From Candidatus Bathyarchaeia archaeon (GTDB lineage: Archaea > Thermoproteota > Bathyarchaeia > Bathyarchaeales > Bathycorpusculaceae): a stretch of 64,000 bases of DNA. Of the stretch, positions 10,619-19,626 are shown piece after piece. Location of the stretch: positions 64,001 to 128,000 of the forward strand of contig JBEKSS010000001.1 of assembly GCA_049516875.1 (NCBI GenBank), given 5' to 3'. The notes beneath the pieces are model-generated. The model saw nothing but the letters and a program-made list of their open reading frames with translations, was not told the DNA's origin and searched no databases. Both the position numbers and the translations under genes were made by a program. How positions within the stretch are numbered: position 1 is the stretch's first letter; each line of letters opens with the position of its first letter.

Positions 10619-11224
10619 ATGATACTTGGCATTTGCGGGAGTCCAAGAAAACAGGCGACTGAGCACGTTTTAGGAGAAGCCTTGAACATATTGGAAAAAA
10701 TGGGTTTTGAAACAGAACTCTTCACGGTCAGAGGCAAGAACATCGGGTTCTGTCAGCACTGTGACTACTGCTTGAGAAACAAGGAGTGCAAGCTGAAGGA
10801 CGACATGTACATCCTTTATCCATTGCTCAGAAAGACGGAGGCGCTGGTGATAGCGACGCCAGTTTACAACGGCGGAGTGAGCGCTCAGACAAAAACCGTA
10901 ATGGATAGGTGCAGGGCTCTGTTTGCCGATGACAGGAACGTGTTGAGGTATAAAGCTGGCATGGCCATCGCAGTCGGCGGGGACAGAGCTGGAGGACAGG
11001 AGTTGGCAATTCAGCAGATCATGACTTTCTACGTCTTGAACGGCGTCATTCCTGTCAGCGGCGGTCCATTCGGAGCAAACTTGGGAGCAACTTTTTGGTC
11101 CAAGGACACTTTGAAAGATGTGAAACAGGATGAAGAAGGATTCAAGACTTTGAAAAAGACTGTGAAGAGATTCTCTGACCTTGTGAAACATAATGAGAGT
11201 AAGAAAAGAGCTCAAAATGTGTGA
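10619..11224 (+). CDS. Iron-sulfur flavoprotein (Isf / flavodoxin family)
   Basis: GSPR, CxxCxxCx5C (CQHCDYCLRNKEC), ATPVY. Confidence 0.88.
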   Translation: MILGICGSPRKQATEHVLGEALNILEKMGFETELFTVRGKNIGFCQHCDYCLRNKECKLKDDMYILYPLLRKTEALVIATPVYNGGVSAQTKTVMDRCRALFADDRNVLRYKAGMAIAVGGDRAGGQELAIQQIMTFYVLNGVIPVSGGPFGANLGATFWSKDTLKDVKQDEEGFKTLKKTVKRFSDLVKHNESKKRAQNV

Positions 11225-11823
11225 TTATGACCGAAGAGTTGGCAAGAGCTGAGAAGAAGAGGAAAGTTGCGTGGGGAATCACGGGCAGCGGAGACAGATT
11301 GCCCGAAACAATCGGCACTATGAAAAAGATGAAAGAAGAGTATCATAATGAGGTCGATGTAAGAGTTTTTCTTTCGAAGGCAGGAGAACAGGTCGTCAAA
11401 TGGTATAGGCTTTATGACCAGTTGAAACAGCATTTTGAAAAGGTCTGTGTTGAACTTAACTCTAACTCGCCGTTTCTTGCTGGTGACCTGGAACTCGGGA
11501 AATTTGAATTCTTGTTGATTGCTCCCGCGACGTCGAACACCGTGGCAAAAATTGCGGCAGGAATAACTGACACATTGCTCTGCAACTCAGCAATCATGGC
11601 TTTGAAAGGCTTCCTTCCAGTCTACATCATGCCCAGCGATTACAAGGAAGGAACAGTGGTCACAAGGCTTCCCAACGGAAAGGATCTCAAGCTGAGAATA
11701 AGGAGAGAAGACGCAGAAAATACAAGAAAGCTCTCCCTTATGGAAAATATGTTCGTGCTTGAAAAACCCGAAGACATCTGTGAGGTTTTCAGGAAGCATT
11801 TCAACACGAAAAAGCAGAAATGA
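11221..11823 (+). CDS. afpA: Archaeoflavoprotein AfpA (HFCD flavoprotein family)
   Basis: KVAWGITGSG, IAPATSNTVAKIAAGITDTL. Confidence 0.75.
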   Translation: MIMTEELARAEKKRKVAWGITGSGDRLPETIGTMKKMKEEYHNEVDVRVFLSKAGEQVVKWYRLYDQLKQHFEKVCVELNSNSPFLAGDLELGKFEFLLIAPATSNTVAKIAAGITDTLLCNSAIMALKGFLPVYIMPSDYKEGTVVTRLPNGKDLKLRIRREDAENTRKLSLMENMFVLEKPEDICEVFRKHFNTKKQK

Positions 11824-11832
11824 GAGCTGAGC

Positions 11833-12111
11833 GTGAGACCAATGAACTTTGGACTGCTCATCGTTCCACTGGTTGCTGGGATGCTGTTTGGCTACTTCTT
11901 GCGTGAAAAGAGGAGGGTCAATCTTGGCAAACTCACGTTTGGAATAATCTTGGTATTGATATTTTCCCTTGGTTTTGGCATAGGCTCAAACAGTGAATTG
12001 CTGAATTCGCTGCCCGAGGTCGGCTTAAGCGCCGTCGTGATTGCTTCGCTCGCCATAGTGTTCAGCGTCATCCTTGTCAAAGCAGTTAAAAGAACGGCTG
12101 GTCTAGAATGA
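11833..12111 (+). CDS. LysO (DUF340) family exporter, small N-terminal part
   Basis: 3 TM helices, LIFSLGFGIGSN; overlaps next gene (ATGA). Confidence 0.7.
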   Translation: MRPMNFGLLIVPLVAGMLFGYFLREKRRVNLGKLTFGIILVLIFSLGFGIGSNSELLNSLPEVGLSAVVIASLAIVFSVILVKAVKRTAGLE

Positions 12112-12716
12112 TAAAATACATCTTAGCTACGTTACTGCTTGGAGGAGTCGCAGGCTATCTGGACGCGAATTGGGCGAGTGTCGTCAATAGTGCTTGGGTT
12201 TCCGATTATTTGCTGAATGCCTCACTCATGCTGCTGTTGTTTGTTATGGGAGTAGCCCTTGCTATGGACAAGGACTCCATTGCGAAGATAAGGCTGAGAG
12301 GACTCCGGATCTTGATTGTTCCCTTAGCAATTGCGTTGGGCACCATTCTTGGCGGTGTGGTCAGCGCGCTGATACTTGGCATTAACGTGGTTGCGACGAC
12401 CGCGGTAAGCGCAGGGTATGGCTGGTACACGTTGACAGGCCCGCTCGTGGGCCAGATTTTCGGAGCAAAGTGGGGAGCACTCGGCTTTGCCGCGAACTTC
12501 CTGAGAGAACTGTTGACCATAATCACCGTTTCTTTGATGGTTAAAGTTGACAAGTACGCGCCAACTGCATCAGGCGGCGCAACAGCCATGGACACAACAC
12601 TGCCAATCATCGTGCGTTACTGCGGCTCTGACACGCTGATCACAGCGTTTTCAAGCGGCTTTGTACTAACCATGATAGCTCCTTTCACAATAATGGCAAT
12701 AGCCTCGCTAGGCTGA
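12108..12716 (+). CDS. LysO (DUF340) family exporter
   Basis: GYGWYTL, ANFLRE, GGATAMDTTLP motifs. Confidence 0.88.
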   Translation: MIKYILATLLLGGVAGYLDANWASVVNSAWVSDYLLNASLMLLLFVMGVALAMDKDSIAKIRLRGLRILIVPLAIALGTILGGVVSALILGINVVATTAVSAGYGWYTLTGPLVGQIFGAKWGALGFAANFLRELLTIITVSLMVKVDKYAPTASGGATAMDTTLPIIVRYCGSDTLITAFSSGFVLTMIAPFTIMAIASLG

Positions 12717-13040
12717 GTTCCCTCCCAGACACCGTTAACTTATTCTTCATGATGTTATGATTCGCATCGAGGAAATTGGTCTAGTGACTCGGTGAATCTG
12801 GCAGGTGTTTTTGATTGTTGTGCTATCTTCTAGCGCGCATGCTTGTTCCTAAATTCGTTTGCGACATATCTCGTACTTCTCTCTTCATAGTACGTTCCAT
12901 TAGAGAGGCACACAACTCAACCCTGCCACACATTAAGAAAGGAATTTAGGAAATCCATTCCCATGAAGTCGAAGGAACAATTTCAGTCTTCTAGTGTCCC
13001 CGCTTATTATAAATACTAGTTATAGCAAGGAATACTAGGG

Positions 13041-13382
13041 ATGTTTTTGACCAGATTCTTGGCATTGTGGCATGAGAACCCGTTAGCACCATGGCCTAAG
13101 GATCCCGCTGAGCTTTCAAAATTGAGAGAAAAAATGTGGGACGGTATAGACAACCTCCTGAAGAAGGGCGAAATCAAAGAGTTCGGCTTCTTTCTGGACG
13201 GAACATCAGGATACGCAATTGGCGAAAAAGATTCAGAAACTACTTTCAGAAACATAAGCATGTTCTTGCCCTACTACGTTTCGAGCGTACATGAAATAAT
13301 ACCCTACGAGAAAGGCAAGGAAATCTTGGGGACTCTCTGGAAAGCTCAATCGAAGATGTTGCACGGGCAAAGTCAACGATAG
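13041..13382 (+). CDS. Hypothetical protein (DUF3303/muconolactone-isomerase-like fold possible)
   Basis: 113-aa ORF behind TATA-like TTATAAA at ~13008; GEIKEFGFF...GYAI pattern. Confidence 0.65.
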   Translation: MFLTRFLALWHENPLAPWPKDPAELSKLREKMWDGIDNLLKKGEIKEFGFFLDGTSGYAIGEKDSETTFRNISMFLPYYVSSVHEIIPYEKGKEILGTLWKAQSKMLHGQSQR

Positions 13383-13601
13383 CTGTCATCCGCAGACGTG
13401 ACTAGTCAAACAAATCTCATCTCTCTTTTTCTATAACCTGATCTTGTTGCTTTATTCCAGCATAGGAATAAGCCGAGCACTTCAAGATTCGATGAGAAAA
13501 GAAACCTTGAAACAGATGAGACTAGAGCGTGCGCTCTTCTGCGACCTTTTCTGAAGTTCATCTTTAACGCGTTGTGGCTTTGAGTTTTGCAATAGATTGA
13601 T

Positions 13602-13850
13602 TCAGAAGTTTCCGCGAGCGCGAGCAAGTTTGTACTTTCTATCTGATTCGTCGATTGAGTGATCGCGATCGATGGACGCTTGCTTGATATAGTTGTGTTC
13701 GCTTAGGTAGGCCATCACGATTGATCTGACTATTTCTGCGTCTTCTGTTCCAAAGCCTTTCAATGACCGGATAATATTCATCTGGTCTTCGTCGAAAGTC
13801 ACATTAACTGATTTGTGCGAGTTTGCGCTTTGATCAATCGCATTTGTCAT
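13602..13850 (-). CDS. Putative ribbon-helix-helix (CopG-like) DNA-binding protein
   Basis: SVNVTF beta strand followed by GTEDAEIVRSIVMAYL helix. Confidence 0.6.
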   Translation of the reverse strand: MTNAIDQSANSHKSVNVTFDEDQMNIIRSLKGFGTEDAEIVRSIVMAYLSEHNYIKQASIDRDHSIDESDRKYKLARARGNF

Positions 13851-14016
13851 CTATTCTTTCATCTCCATGCTTTTTCATGTATTCTTTGATAGCCCTGGTC
13901 GTTTCTTCGCTTACTCTCCGGCTTGATCCGTGCTTCTGAATGACAAAGAGCAACCATTGTTTCCAAGTGCCTTCGTCCATGTTTACGCTGGTCTTCTTTT
14001 TCGGCATGTCGGTCAT
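13834..14016 (-). CDS. Putative ribbon-helix-helix DNA-binding protein (60 aa)
   Basis: C-terminal part of the 228-aa ORF: KKKTSVNMDEGTWKQW...SEETTRAIKEYM; TATA (TTATAAA on minus) ~20 bp upstream of ATG 14016. Confidence 0.65.
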   Translation of the reverse strand: MTDMPKKKTSVNMDEGTWKQWLLFVIQKHGSSRRVSEETTRAIKEYMKKHGDERIDDKCD

Positions 14017-14145
14017 GTTTACCGTTATACCTTTATAAGTCTGCCCTTTTATGGCTTGATGAAGCATAAAATGTGAATGGGCTATTGCCAACAGGTTTAT
14101 TTTGGAAAAGACACTATTGACGATTGAAGGGTGAGGTGACAAAAC

Positions 14146-14259
14146 ATGGGTGGAGGAAGGAATACACGTAGAAAAGTCGTCGAGAGCGCTCGCCGTGACA
14201 AAGCGAAGGGTCATCAAACGAGAAGAGCTCGCGGGGGAAAGAAACAGAAGAGAAGGTAG
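14146..14259 (+). CDS. Small very basic protein (37 aa)
   Basis: SD GAGGTGA at 14133-14139; MGGGRNTRRKVVESARRDKAKGHQTRRARGGKKQKRR*. Confidence 0.55.
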   Translation: MGGGRNTRRKVVESARRDKAKGHQTRRARGGKKQKRR

Positions 14260-14410
14260 AGAAGCGATCTTGGGCAGCTCATCCTTGTAAGGTACGCTTA
14301 CGATGTATATATGAGGAAAGGCACGCCGATAAGTTATTGCAATATTCTGCTTTTGCTTAGAAATGGCATGTTTTGCCTCAGAGGTTACAAACACATAAAA
14401 AATAAGAAGG

Positions 14411-14806
14411 TTGTCTGGTAGAAACCATTCCACATTTAACATAGCAGCGGAAATTCTGAGAGAGTTGCGGGAACCAACTGGCGTTACGAATACCATATCC
14501 AATTGTAATATGAGCTTCAAACAGTCAGGGTATTACTTGAGTTTCATGAAGTCAAGCGATATTATCCAGACAGACGTAATAACGGGAAGAGTGAAGTATT
14601 GTAGAACAGAAGCTGGACAGAAGTTTCTAGAAACCTATGACAAGATGATTCTGTTACTAGATCCTGGTTTTTTTCCCGCGCTGCCCAATGTAACAACGAG
14701 CACGCGCTGCAACACGATGGTTGGTTGGGGTAAAGTTTTATCCCCAAACCCAAAAAAAGAAGTATATACCATTTTTAGCCATTTTAGGGACAAGCCAGCG
14801 CGCTAA
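14411..14806 (+). CDS. Winged helix-turn-helix regulator (archaeal HTH_45-like); tail reads through repeat site 1
   Basis: IAAEIL...TNTISNCNMS...YL...YCRTEAGQKFLETY pattern. Confidence 0.7.
   Translation: MSGRNHSTFNIAAEILRELREPTGVTNTISNCNMSFKQSGYYLSFMKSSDIIQTDVITGRVKYCRTEAGQKFLETYDKMILLLDPGFFPALPNVTTSTRCNTMVGWGKVLSPNPKKEVYTIFSHFRDKPAR
14727..14745 (+). repeat. Cassette-junction core site 1
   Basis: GGGGTAAAGTTTTATCCCC; arms GGTTGGTT / AAACCCA. Confidence 0.9.
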
Positions 14807-14868
14807 CATAAAAAGCCTATATGAAAGTTTTCGATAACATATGATAGGTCTACATGGGTGTGGTGTTC

Positions 14869-15279
14869 ATGGCTGAGTCCAAGATTAGACTCTATTTGAA
14901 AAGCGTCAAAACTGTGACGGGGACCGTCGAGATAGAACGCGAGTATATACCCCGACCCCGCCTTCCGCCCACGGTAAAAACAGAACCAAAACACGAGTAC
15001 ATACTTCCCGAGGACCAACAGAAAGCAACTCAAATGGTCAAGAGTATCGCTTCCAAGTATGGTTTAAAAGTTGAAGTTGTTGATGTGACGAGGGAAAATG
15101 TCTTTCGCAGAGAAATACAGAAAGAACGAGAAAAAATAAGGATTTTCCCAACTTTGATTGTGAGTTCTGAGGAGAGAATTGAAGGCAACATAACAGAGCA
15201 GCAAGTTGAAGAGCTTCTTTCTGGCACTCATTCTTCTGATACGCACCAACGTGACAAAAGAACTATGGGTTTGGGGTAA
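14869..15279 (+). CDS. Thioredoxin-like fold hypothetical protein (no CxxC)
   Basis: VEVVDV...FPTLIV...RIEG; stop TAA lies inside site 2. Confidence 0.7.
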   Translation: MAESKIRLYLKSVKTVTGTVEIEREYIPRPRLPPTVKTEPKHEYILPEDQQKATQMVKSIASKYGLKVEVVDVTRENVFRREIQKEREKIRIFPTLIVSSEERIEGNITEQQVEELLSGTHSSDTHQRDKRTMGLG

Positions 15280-15291
15280 AGTTTTGTCTCA
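15273..15291 (+). repeat. Cassette-junction core site 2 (right half degenerate)
   Basis: GGGGTAAAGTTTTGTCTCA; left arm TGGGTTT. Confidence 0.85.
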
Positions 15292-15350
15292 TTTTCGCTC
15301 TGATGGCTGAACTCCTCTTGTCTCGCTGCTTTGAACTCTTGTTTTCTCAT

Positions 15351-15749
15351 CTAGCGCTTGTCTTCATTGACCAGTTTCCGTCTTTCCCCGCGAAGCCAAT
15401 CATAACCAATCAACCAAGTTATAAGAGCGACAGCCAGTTGAATTCCGATAAGCAGGAACCCAAATGAGCCAGACGATGTCAATAGGCTATAATCTAGAAA
15501 CAGGAAGCTTGTCCTTTCGACAAGTTCGTAAAATATGCCGAAGTATATTGGAAAGAACAGTATCAAGGACCATGCAGCTAGGGTTGCTCTCCAACTTCTT
15601 CTCAGCCTGAGCAGCACATAGGAAGTTCCCAGACCAATTAGTGCGGGAAAAAAGAACAGTGCAACATTGAACCATACGAAAATCCAGATTGCGCCTGAGC
15701 CTATACCAGCCTGACGTTCAGATAGCAGCATCAATGTTGTTATGGGCAC
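15351..15749 (-). CDS. Hypothetical membrane protein
   Basis: 132-aa ORF with 3 TM segments, possibly N-terminally truncated. Confidence 0.6.
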   Translation of the reverse strand: MPITTLMLLSERQAGIGSGAIWIFVWFNVALFFFPALIGLGTSYVLLRLRRSWRATLAAWSLILFFPIYFGIFYELVERTSFLFLDYSLLTSSGSFGFLLIGIQLAVALITWLIGYDWLRGERRKLVNEDKR

Positions 15750-15832
15750 AATCGTTTCGAACCCTCTTTCTCTTCGTATGATTTCCTATTGCACCCCTTA
15801 TGACTTGTGGAAGAATCGGGATGGTGGTGGTT

Positions 15833-15851
15833 GGGGTAAAGTTTTATCCCC
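15833..15851 (+). repeat. Cassette-junction core site 3
   Basis: GGGGTAAAGTTTTATCCCC followed by AAACCAAAC and an (ACG)n tract at 15873-15893. Confidence 0.9.
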
Positions 15852-16108
15852 AAACCAAACATTTTTTGCAGTGACGACGGACGACGACGAACGCATAGCG
15901 ATTTACTGAGGAGTTCTAGCGCGCTCTAGTGAAACAAATAGAGATGCGCCGATATTATTCAGGTTCTTGATTAGAAGGCGTACCGTGCACAAGAATTCTT
16001 TTGCAAATTAAGGGGAAAGGAACCCTTTGTGCACGGCACATCCTAAAAGGATTAAATGATACAACCAATTTAAGCCTTGTTCACACAAAACCTTCATGAA
16101 ACCCTCAA

Positions 16109-16330
16109 ATGTGTGCTAGATAGCGAAAACTCGTTTCTTTTGAAAGATACGGATGTATAGCGCGCGCTAAAGACGGAAAGAAAGTTTCTGTTGTTGTTAA
16201 GAAGACTAGATACCTTGCAAATCTTGAAGAACTTCGAAAGGTTCTTGATGGTAGAAAAAGCTATACTTGCATTCTTGGACCTTCTGAAACAAAGAAAACT
16301 GAGGAAGTGAATGTAAAAAATGAGAGATAA
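16109..16330 (+). pseudogene. Small basic ORF with in-frame TAG at codon 5
   Basis: MCAR*RKLVSFERYGCIARAKDGKKVSVVVKKTRYLANLEELRKVLDGRKSY...; its stop overlaps the start of 16320..16520. Confidence 0.4.
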
Positions 16331-16520
16331 GAAACATAGAAGGAAACGTGTTAAGACTATTAATCTTGACACCTTCACAGGTCATAGGCTACTGTATTGG
16401 ATTGGAATGCAACGTAACAGTCTAGAGGTTAAGAGGTTTATCGCTGAGTATTTTAGAAGGAAATTTCCAGAGGATTCTTTCTGGATTCCAATTTTGAAGA
16501 GGAAAGGTTTAATCAGTTGA
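16320..16520 (+). CDS. Small basic hypothetical protein
   Basis: 66-aa ORF, GAGG upstream, coupled to the preceding ORF. Confidence 0.5.
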   Translation: MRDKKHRRKRVKTINLDTFTGHRLLYWIGMQRNSLEVKRFIAEYFRRKFPEDSFWIPILKRKGLIS

Positions 16521-16742
16521 GCAAAAACAGGAATAGTCAGCAGGAGAGAGACACATGAAAAACTGTGACACTTGTCGCCATTACAAAGAGCATAATTGGA
16601 GACTTTGCCGTAAAAGAGATTATCCGCTTCATTGTTGGGAAGCTGAATCAGTTGAGCAAAAACAGGAATAGTCAACAAAGGTATTACGACCGTACAGAAG
16701 GAAATTTCCAGAGGATTCTTTCTGGATTCCAATTTTGAAGAG
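16455..16742. repeat. Nested direct repeats A(47 bp)-B(29 bp)...B-A
   Basis: 16455-16501 = 16696-16742 and 16511-16539 = 16646-16674, both exact. Confidence 0.9.
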
Positions 16743-16810
16743 AAGAGGTTTGATCTGGTCGTTTCGTCGTCGTCAGTCGTTTTTGTTTCATTTGATTCGT
16801 TTGGGTTTTG

Positions 16811-16826
16811 GGGGTAAAGTTTTATC
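16811..16826 (+). repeat. Cassette-junction core site 4
   Basis: GGGGTAAAGTTTTATC; 16801-16825 is the exact reverse complement of 20543-20567. Confidence 0.9.
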
Positions 16827-17030
16827 AAACCCAACCCAAACCCATTTACGCTCTCAACTATCCTCACTCTCACTTACACTCACTCAGCGCGCGCTAGTAT
16901 TTGGTTGAGCGGATCAATTTTGGAATAATAATTGGTCGATGCAGCTAGTACCGTGAGTCAAATTTAAATCAACTCGAAATAAACACTGGTTGAGTAAGGA
17001 GCGTTCCATTTGACAATCAGGTGAGAAAAC

Positions 17031-17762
17031 ATGATCGACTCATTATTCCATCTCTCATTAGGTGAGGGAACATTAGTCGGCTTTTCGGCAGGTATCTTAT
17101 GCGTGCTTCTAAGCTATCTACTTATAATCTTCAGAAAGAAACGAATTGCTCGATTTTTCTTCCGCGATATGATAACCATTGTTGGTCTAGGTGTTATATT
17201 GCCGGTATTGTGGGTAAAGGCAAACGGTCTCTCTTTCAATGAATTCGGGTTGCCTGGAGAAAATTGGCTATGGGCTACATTTGCAAACATGATATTGGCG
17301 TTTTCATTGGCCACGATTTTCTATTTTGAAGCGAAGAAAAAGGGTCAGAGACCTGTTTTTTCTGGCAAATATGGAACGATTTTCTATTTGACGATAGGGG
17401 TGCTTTTTGAGACTTTGTTCTTCTATAGCTTCTTGAGACAGCTTTTTGAGCAGACCTTTGGCATAATCCCCGCGCTTTTGCTGACTTCGGTCTTTTACAG
17501 CTTGCATCACATTGGCTTAGAGGAACAAATGAAGGGCACAACGCCCGCTCAGGAGTTGAGAAAACTCTTTTTTGTAGGTCTTCTTTATTCCACCACATTC
17601 AGAATTTTCAACTCTGCTCTCGCAATTTTCCCATTTTTCATTGGTGTCGGAGTGATTTCTGATCTGATCGTTGAAAAGCAAAGTGAGCCTCTTTCGTGGA
17701 AAATCGCTCTTCTATCATTTTTCCTAATGATAGCAAGCGCGCTAATCATAATCAACCTTTGA
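17031..17762 (+). CDS. CPBP (CAAX/Abi) family intramembrane protease-like protein
   Basis: Multi-TM; FETLFF and FYSLHH resemble degenerate EExxFR / FxxxH motifs; SD AGGTGA. Confidence 0.75.
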   Translation: MIDSLFHLSLGEGTLVGFSAGILCVLLSYLLIIFRKKRIARFFFRDMITIVGLGVILPVLWVKANGLSFNEFGLPGENWLWATFANMILAFSLATIFYFEAKKKGQRPVFSGKYGTIFYLTIGVLFETLFFYSFLRQLFEQTFGIIPALLLTSVFYSLHHIGLEEQMKGTTPAQELRKLFFVGLLYSTTFRIFNSALAIFPFFIGVGVISDLIVEKQSEPLSWKIALLSFFLMIASALIIINL

Positions 17763-17953
17763 TCAAAAGAAAAGTGAACGTCTATTGGCGCGCGCTCTGT
17801 TATGAGGGGTACATTTTTGTGCTTTTCTGACCCCTCGTTGCATCAACTCACTATCCTATCCTTATTCTGTTCCAGTGGTATCCAGATGTGTCCTGAATCA
17901 GGTGTCCAGTCTTTAGCCTCCCATTGGAAGCATATGGATAGTTGTCCGTTAAC

Positions 17954-18019
17954 CGTCGTCCGTCGTGGTCGTCGTCGTGGTTCGTGGTCGTCGTCCGTCC
18001 GTCGTCCGTCGTCGTCCGT
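17954..18019. repeat. Imperfect (CGT)n/(CCGT)n tract next to site 5
   Basis: CGTCGTCCGTCGTGGTCGTCGTCGT... running directly into GGTTGGTTGG. Confidence 0.85.
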
Positions 18020-18027
18020 GGTTGGTT

Positions 18028-18042
18028 GGATAAAACTTTACC
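18028..18042 (-). repeat. Cassette-junction core site 5 (inverted)
   Basis: GGATAAAACTTTACC; right arm TCCTTCCTTCC. Confidence 0.88.
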
Positions 18043-18076
18043 TCCTTCCTTCCGTCAGTGCGCGCTTTCTTTGAAA

Positions 18077-18760
18077 TTATGGTTGAGAGCTTAGAATTTT
18101 TCGTATATGTTGAGCGATTCTGTCGTAGGCCTCGAAGGCTTCCCGGGTTGGAAACGCCTTTCTCCCCACAATCCCGTCGTACTTTACGGGAATCCCACCA
18201 ATCACGATGGTTGTGATTGGTGAAATTACAGGCATTATCCCCACATATTGATCCTTCTTGTAAGGAGTTACCATGAGGTTTGGCGATCCAAGTTCAAGCA
18301 GCATATTCTTCAGTTCCGAGTCTGCGTTCAAAAGCTGCGCCAGTTCTCCGCCCTCCCAATTGTAATCGACGATTTCGCCGGTGGGGAAGCCTTTCTTGAT
18401 CTGTTTGGCCTCCGCCTTAAGTTGGTTCTCCAGGTTTCCCACATTTGCCCTTACCACATAGTTATACCTGTAGACCAGGTGACCTGGGCCGCCTGAGACC
18501 CCACCACCTGCGCCGATCCTGGATACCTCTACTAAGTCGATGTTTCGGCCTTCGACCTTGACACAACCCAGCGGAGGAAGGTTTTCCATGGTATAATAGA
18601 TATGACTGGTTCGAGAGTGATGTATGGCTTCGGGGCTCTTGAAGTCCAACACTGTTGCTTCTACGCCGATCTGTCGAAGATGCTCACACAACTCGTTTAT
18701 CAGGCCAACTTCGCGGGTGCGCGCCTCGATCGCTCCCCTTATCTTCTTAAAAAAACTCAT
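18077..18760 (-). CDS. Hypothetical protein
   Basis: Long ORF; start trimmed to MSFFKK, GGAGGGG upstream. Confidence 0.75.
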   Translation of the reverse strand: MSFFKKIRGAIEARTREVGLINELCEHLRQIGVEATVLDFKSPEAIHHSRTSHIYYTMENLPPLGCVKVEGRNIDLVEVSRIGAGGGVSGGPGHLVYRYNYVVRANVGNLENQLKAEAKQIKKGFPTGEIVDYNWEGGELAQLLNADSELKNMLLELGSPNLMVTPYKKDQYVGIMPVISPITTIVIGGIPVKYDGIVGRKAFPTREAFEAYDRIAQHIRKILSSQP

Positions 18761-18862
18761 CTGCAACCCCTCCACTTCAATCAATAGTTAACCGTTCTTG
18801 TAAATTAGACTTTTTCTTACTCGTCTTTTTCTTTGAAGAATCTTCCATGTTCTCTCCACCTC

Positions 18863-19285
18863 CTAGTGAAGTGCTTTGATATCTCCTTTCCTCTGAGAAC
18901 CACAATTAAAGCAGGTCTTGTTCTCTAACTCGTTCAGACAATCACAGTATTCGCACTTCCAGAAAGTCTTATTTCCAAGGACGGTAGCTTTAGTAGTTTC
19001 TTGGTTTGCAGTCATCTTCCCTTTCAATTCATTTTCACAAGCAAAGCATATTCCTGTTCCCCATTCGGGATGTTTCTTCCACCATGCCTCAGGACCCGTC
19101 CATCCATTCGGAGAACTTTCTGGCACATAGCTTCCAAATGCTCTTTGGTTGGGAAGTTTTATTCCACAGACCAAACAATGAGAGCAACAAGTTTGACAGT
19201 AGTTCTTTCCTCTATTTCCTGAACCGCTAAATCTGTAAAGTTTCTTACATCTCTCACAAGTCTTCTTTTCAAACATCTCATTCAC
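18863..19285 (-). CDS. Cys-rich multi-zinc-finger protein with C-terminal RanBP2-like finger
   Basis: Six CxxC pairs; WKCEYCDCLNELENKTCFNCG. Confidence 0.7.
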   Translation of the reverse strand: MNEMFEKKTCERCKKLYRFSGSGNRGKNYCQTCCSHCLVCGIKLPNQRAFGSYVPESSPNGWTGPEAWWKKHPEWGTGICFACENELKGKMTANQETTKATVLGNKTFWKCEYCDCLNELENKTCFNCGSQRKGDIKALH

Positions 19286-19294
19286 CTCTTAATG

Positions 19295-19471
19295 TTAGGT
19301 ATGGCTCTCGGCACATGCCGATATTATTCCAGCAAGTGCAAGAAACAATGCACCACACAGGAGACCGAGAGAAACATTAGTGTCTCCCATGAGATAGGAA
19401 ATAGCTCTCGCGCGCGCGCCGTAACCACCGCCATTCTTTTCATGCAGTAACACGTTTTCACAAGTGGACAT
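19295..19471 (-). CDS. Small single-TM hypothetical protein (58 aa)
   Basis: MSTCENV...LGLLCGALFLALAGIISAC...; GTGAGG SD and CTTATAAG TATA-like box upstream. Confidence 0.4.
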   Translation of the reverse strand: MSTCENVLLHEKNGGGYGARARAISYLMGDTNVSLGLLCGALFLALAGIISACAESHT

Positions 19472-19626
19472 AGATAGTTCCTCACTTGCTACAATTTCTG
19501 ATTGAAGCTTAGCACTTATAAGACTTCAGAAGCCTGAATCAATTCAATTACTTCAACCAAGTTATTGGTTCATGGTAGTGGGCTAAACTTAACGCGCGCT
19601 CAGTGCAATTCAAACCGCACATTTAT

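Noticed and set aside
14017-14520. N-terminal 168 aa of the 228-aa minus-strand ORF
   Set aside because: Overlaps plus-strand genes and a TATA box; only the last 60 codons look protein-like.
16121-16123. Pyrrolysine read-through of the in-frame TAG
   Set aside because: No pyl genes in the window and the ORF lies in a decaying module; a nonsense mutation is simpler.
16455-16754. DGR template/variable repeat pair
   Set aside because: Copies are identical over 47 bp, flanking mismatches are not adenine-specific, and no reverse transcriptase is present.
19147-19165. Possible extra core site (GGTTGGGAAGTTTTATTCC), and a similar partial match at ~31599-31610
   Set aside because: Only half-matches, inside coding sequence, without paired arms.
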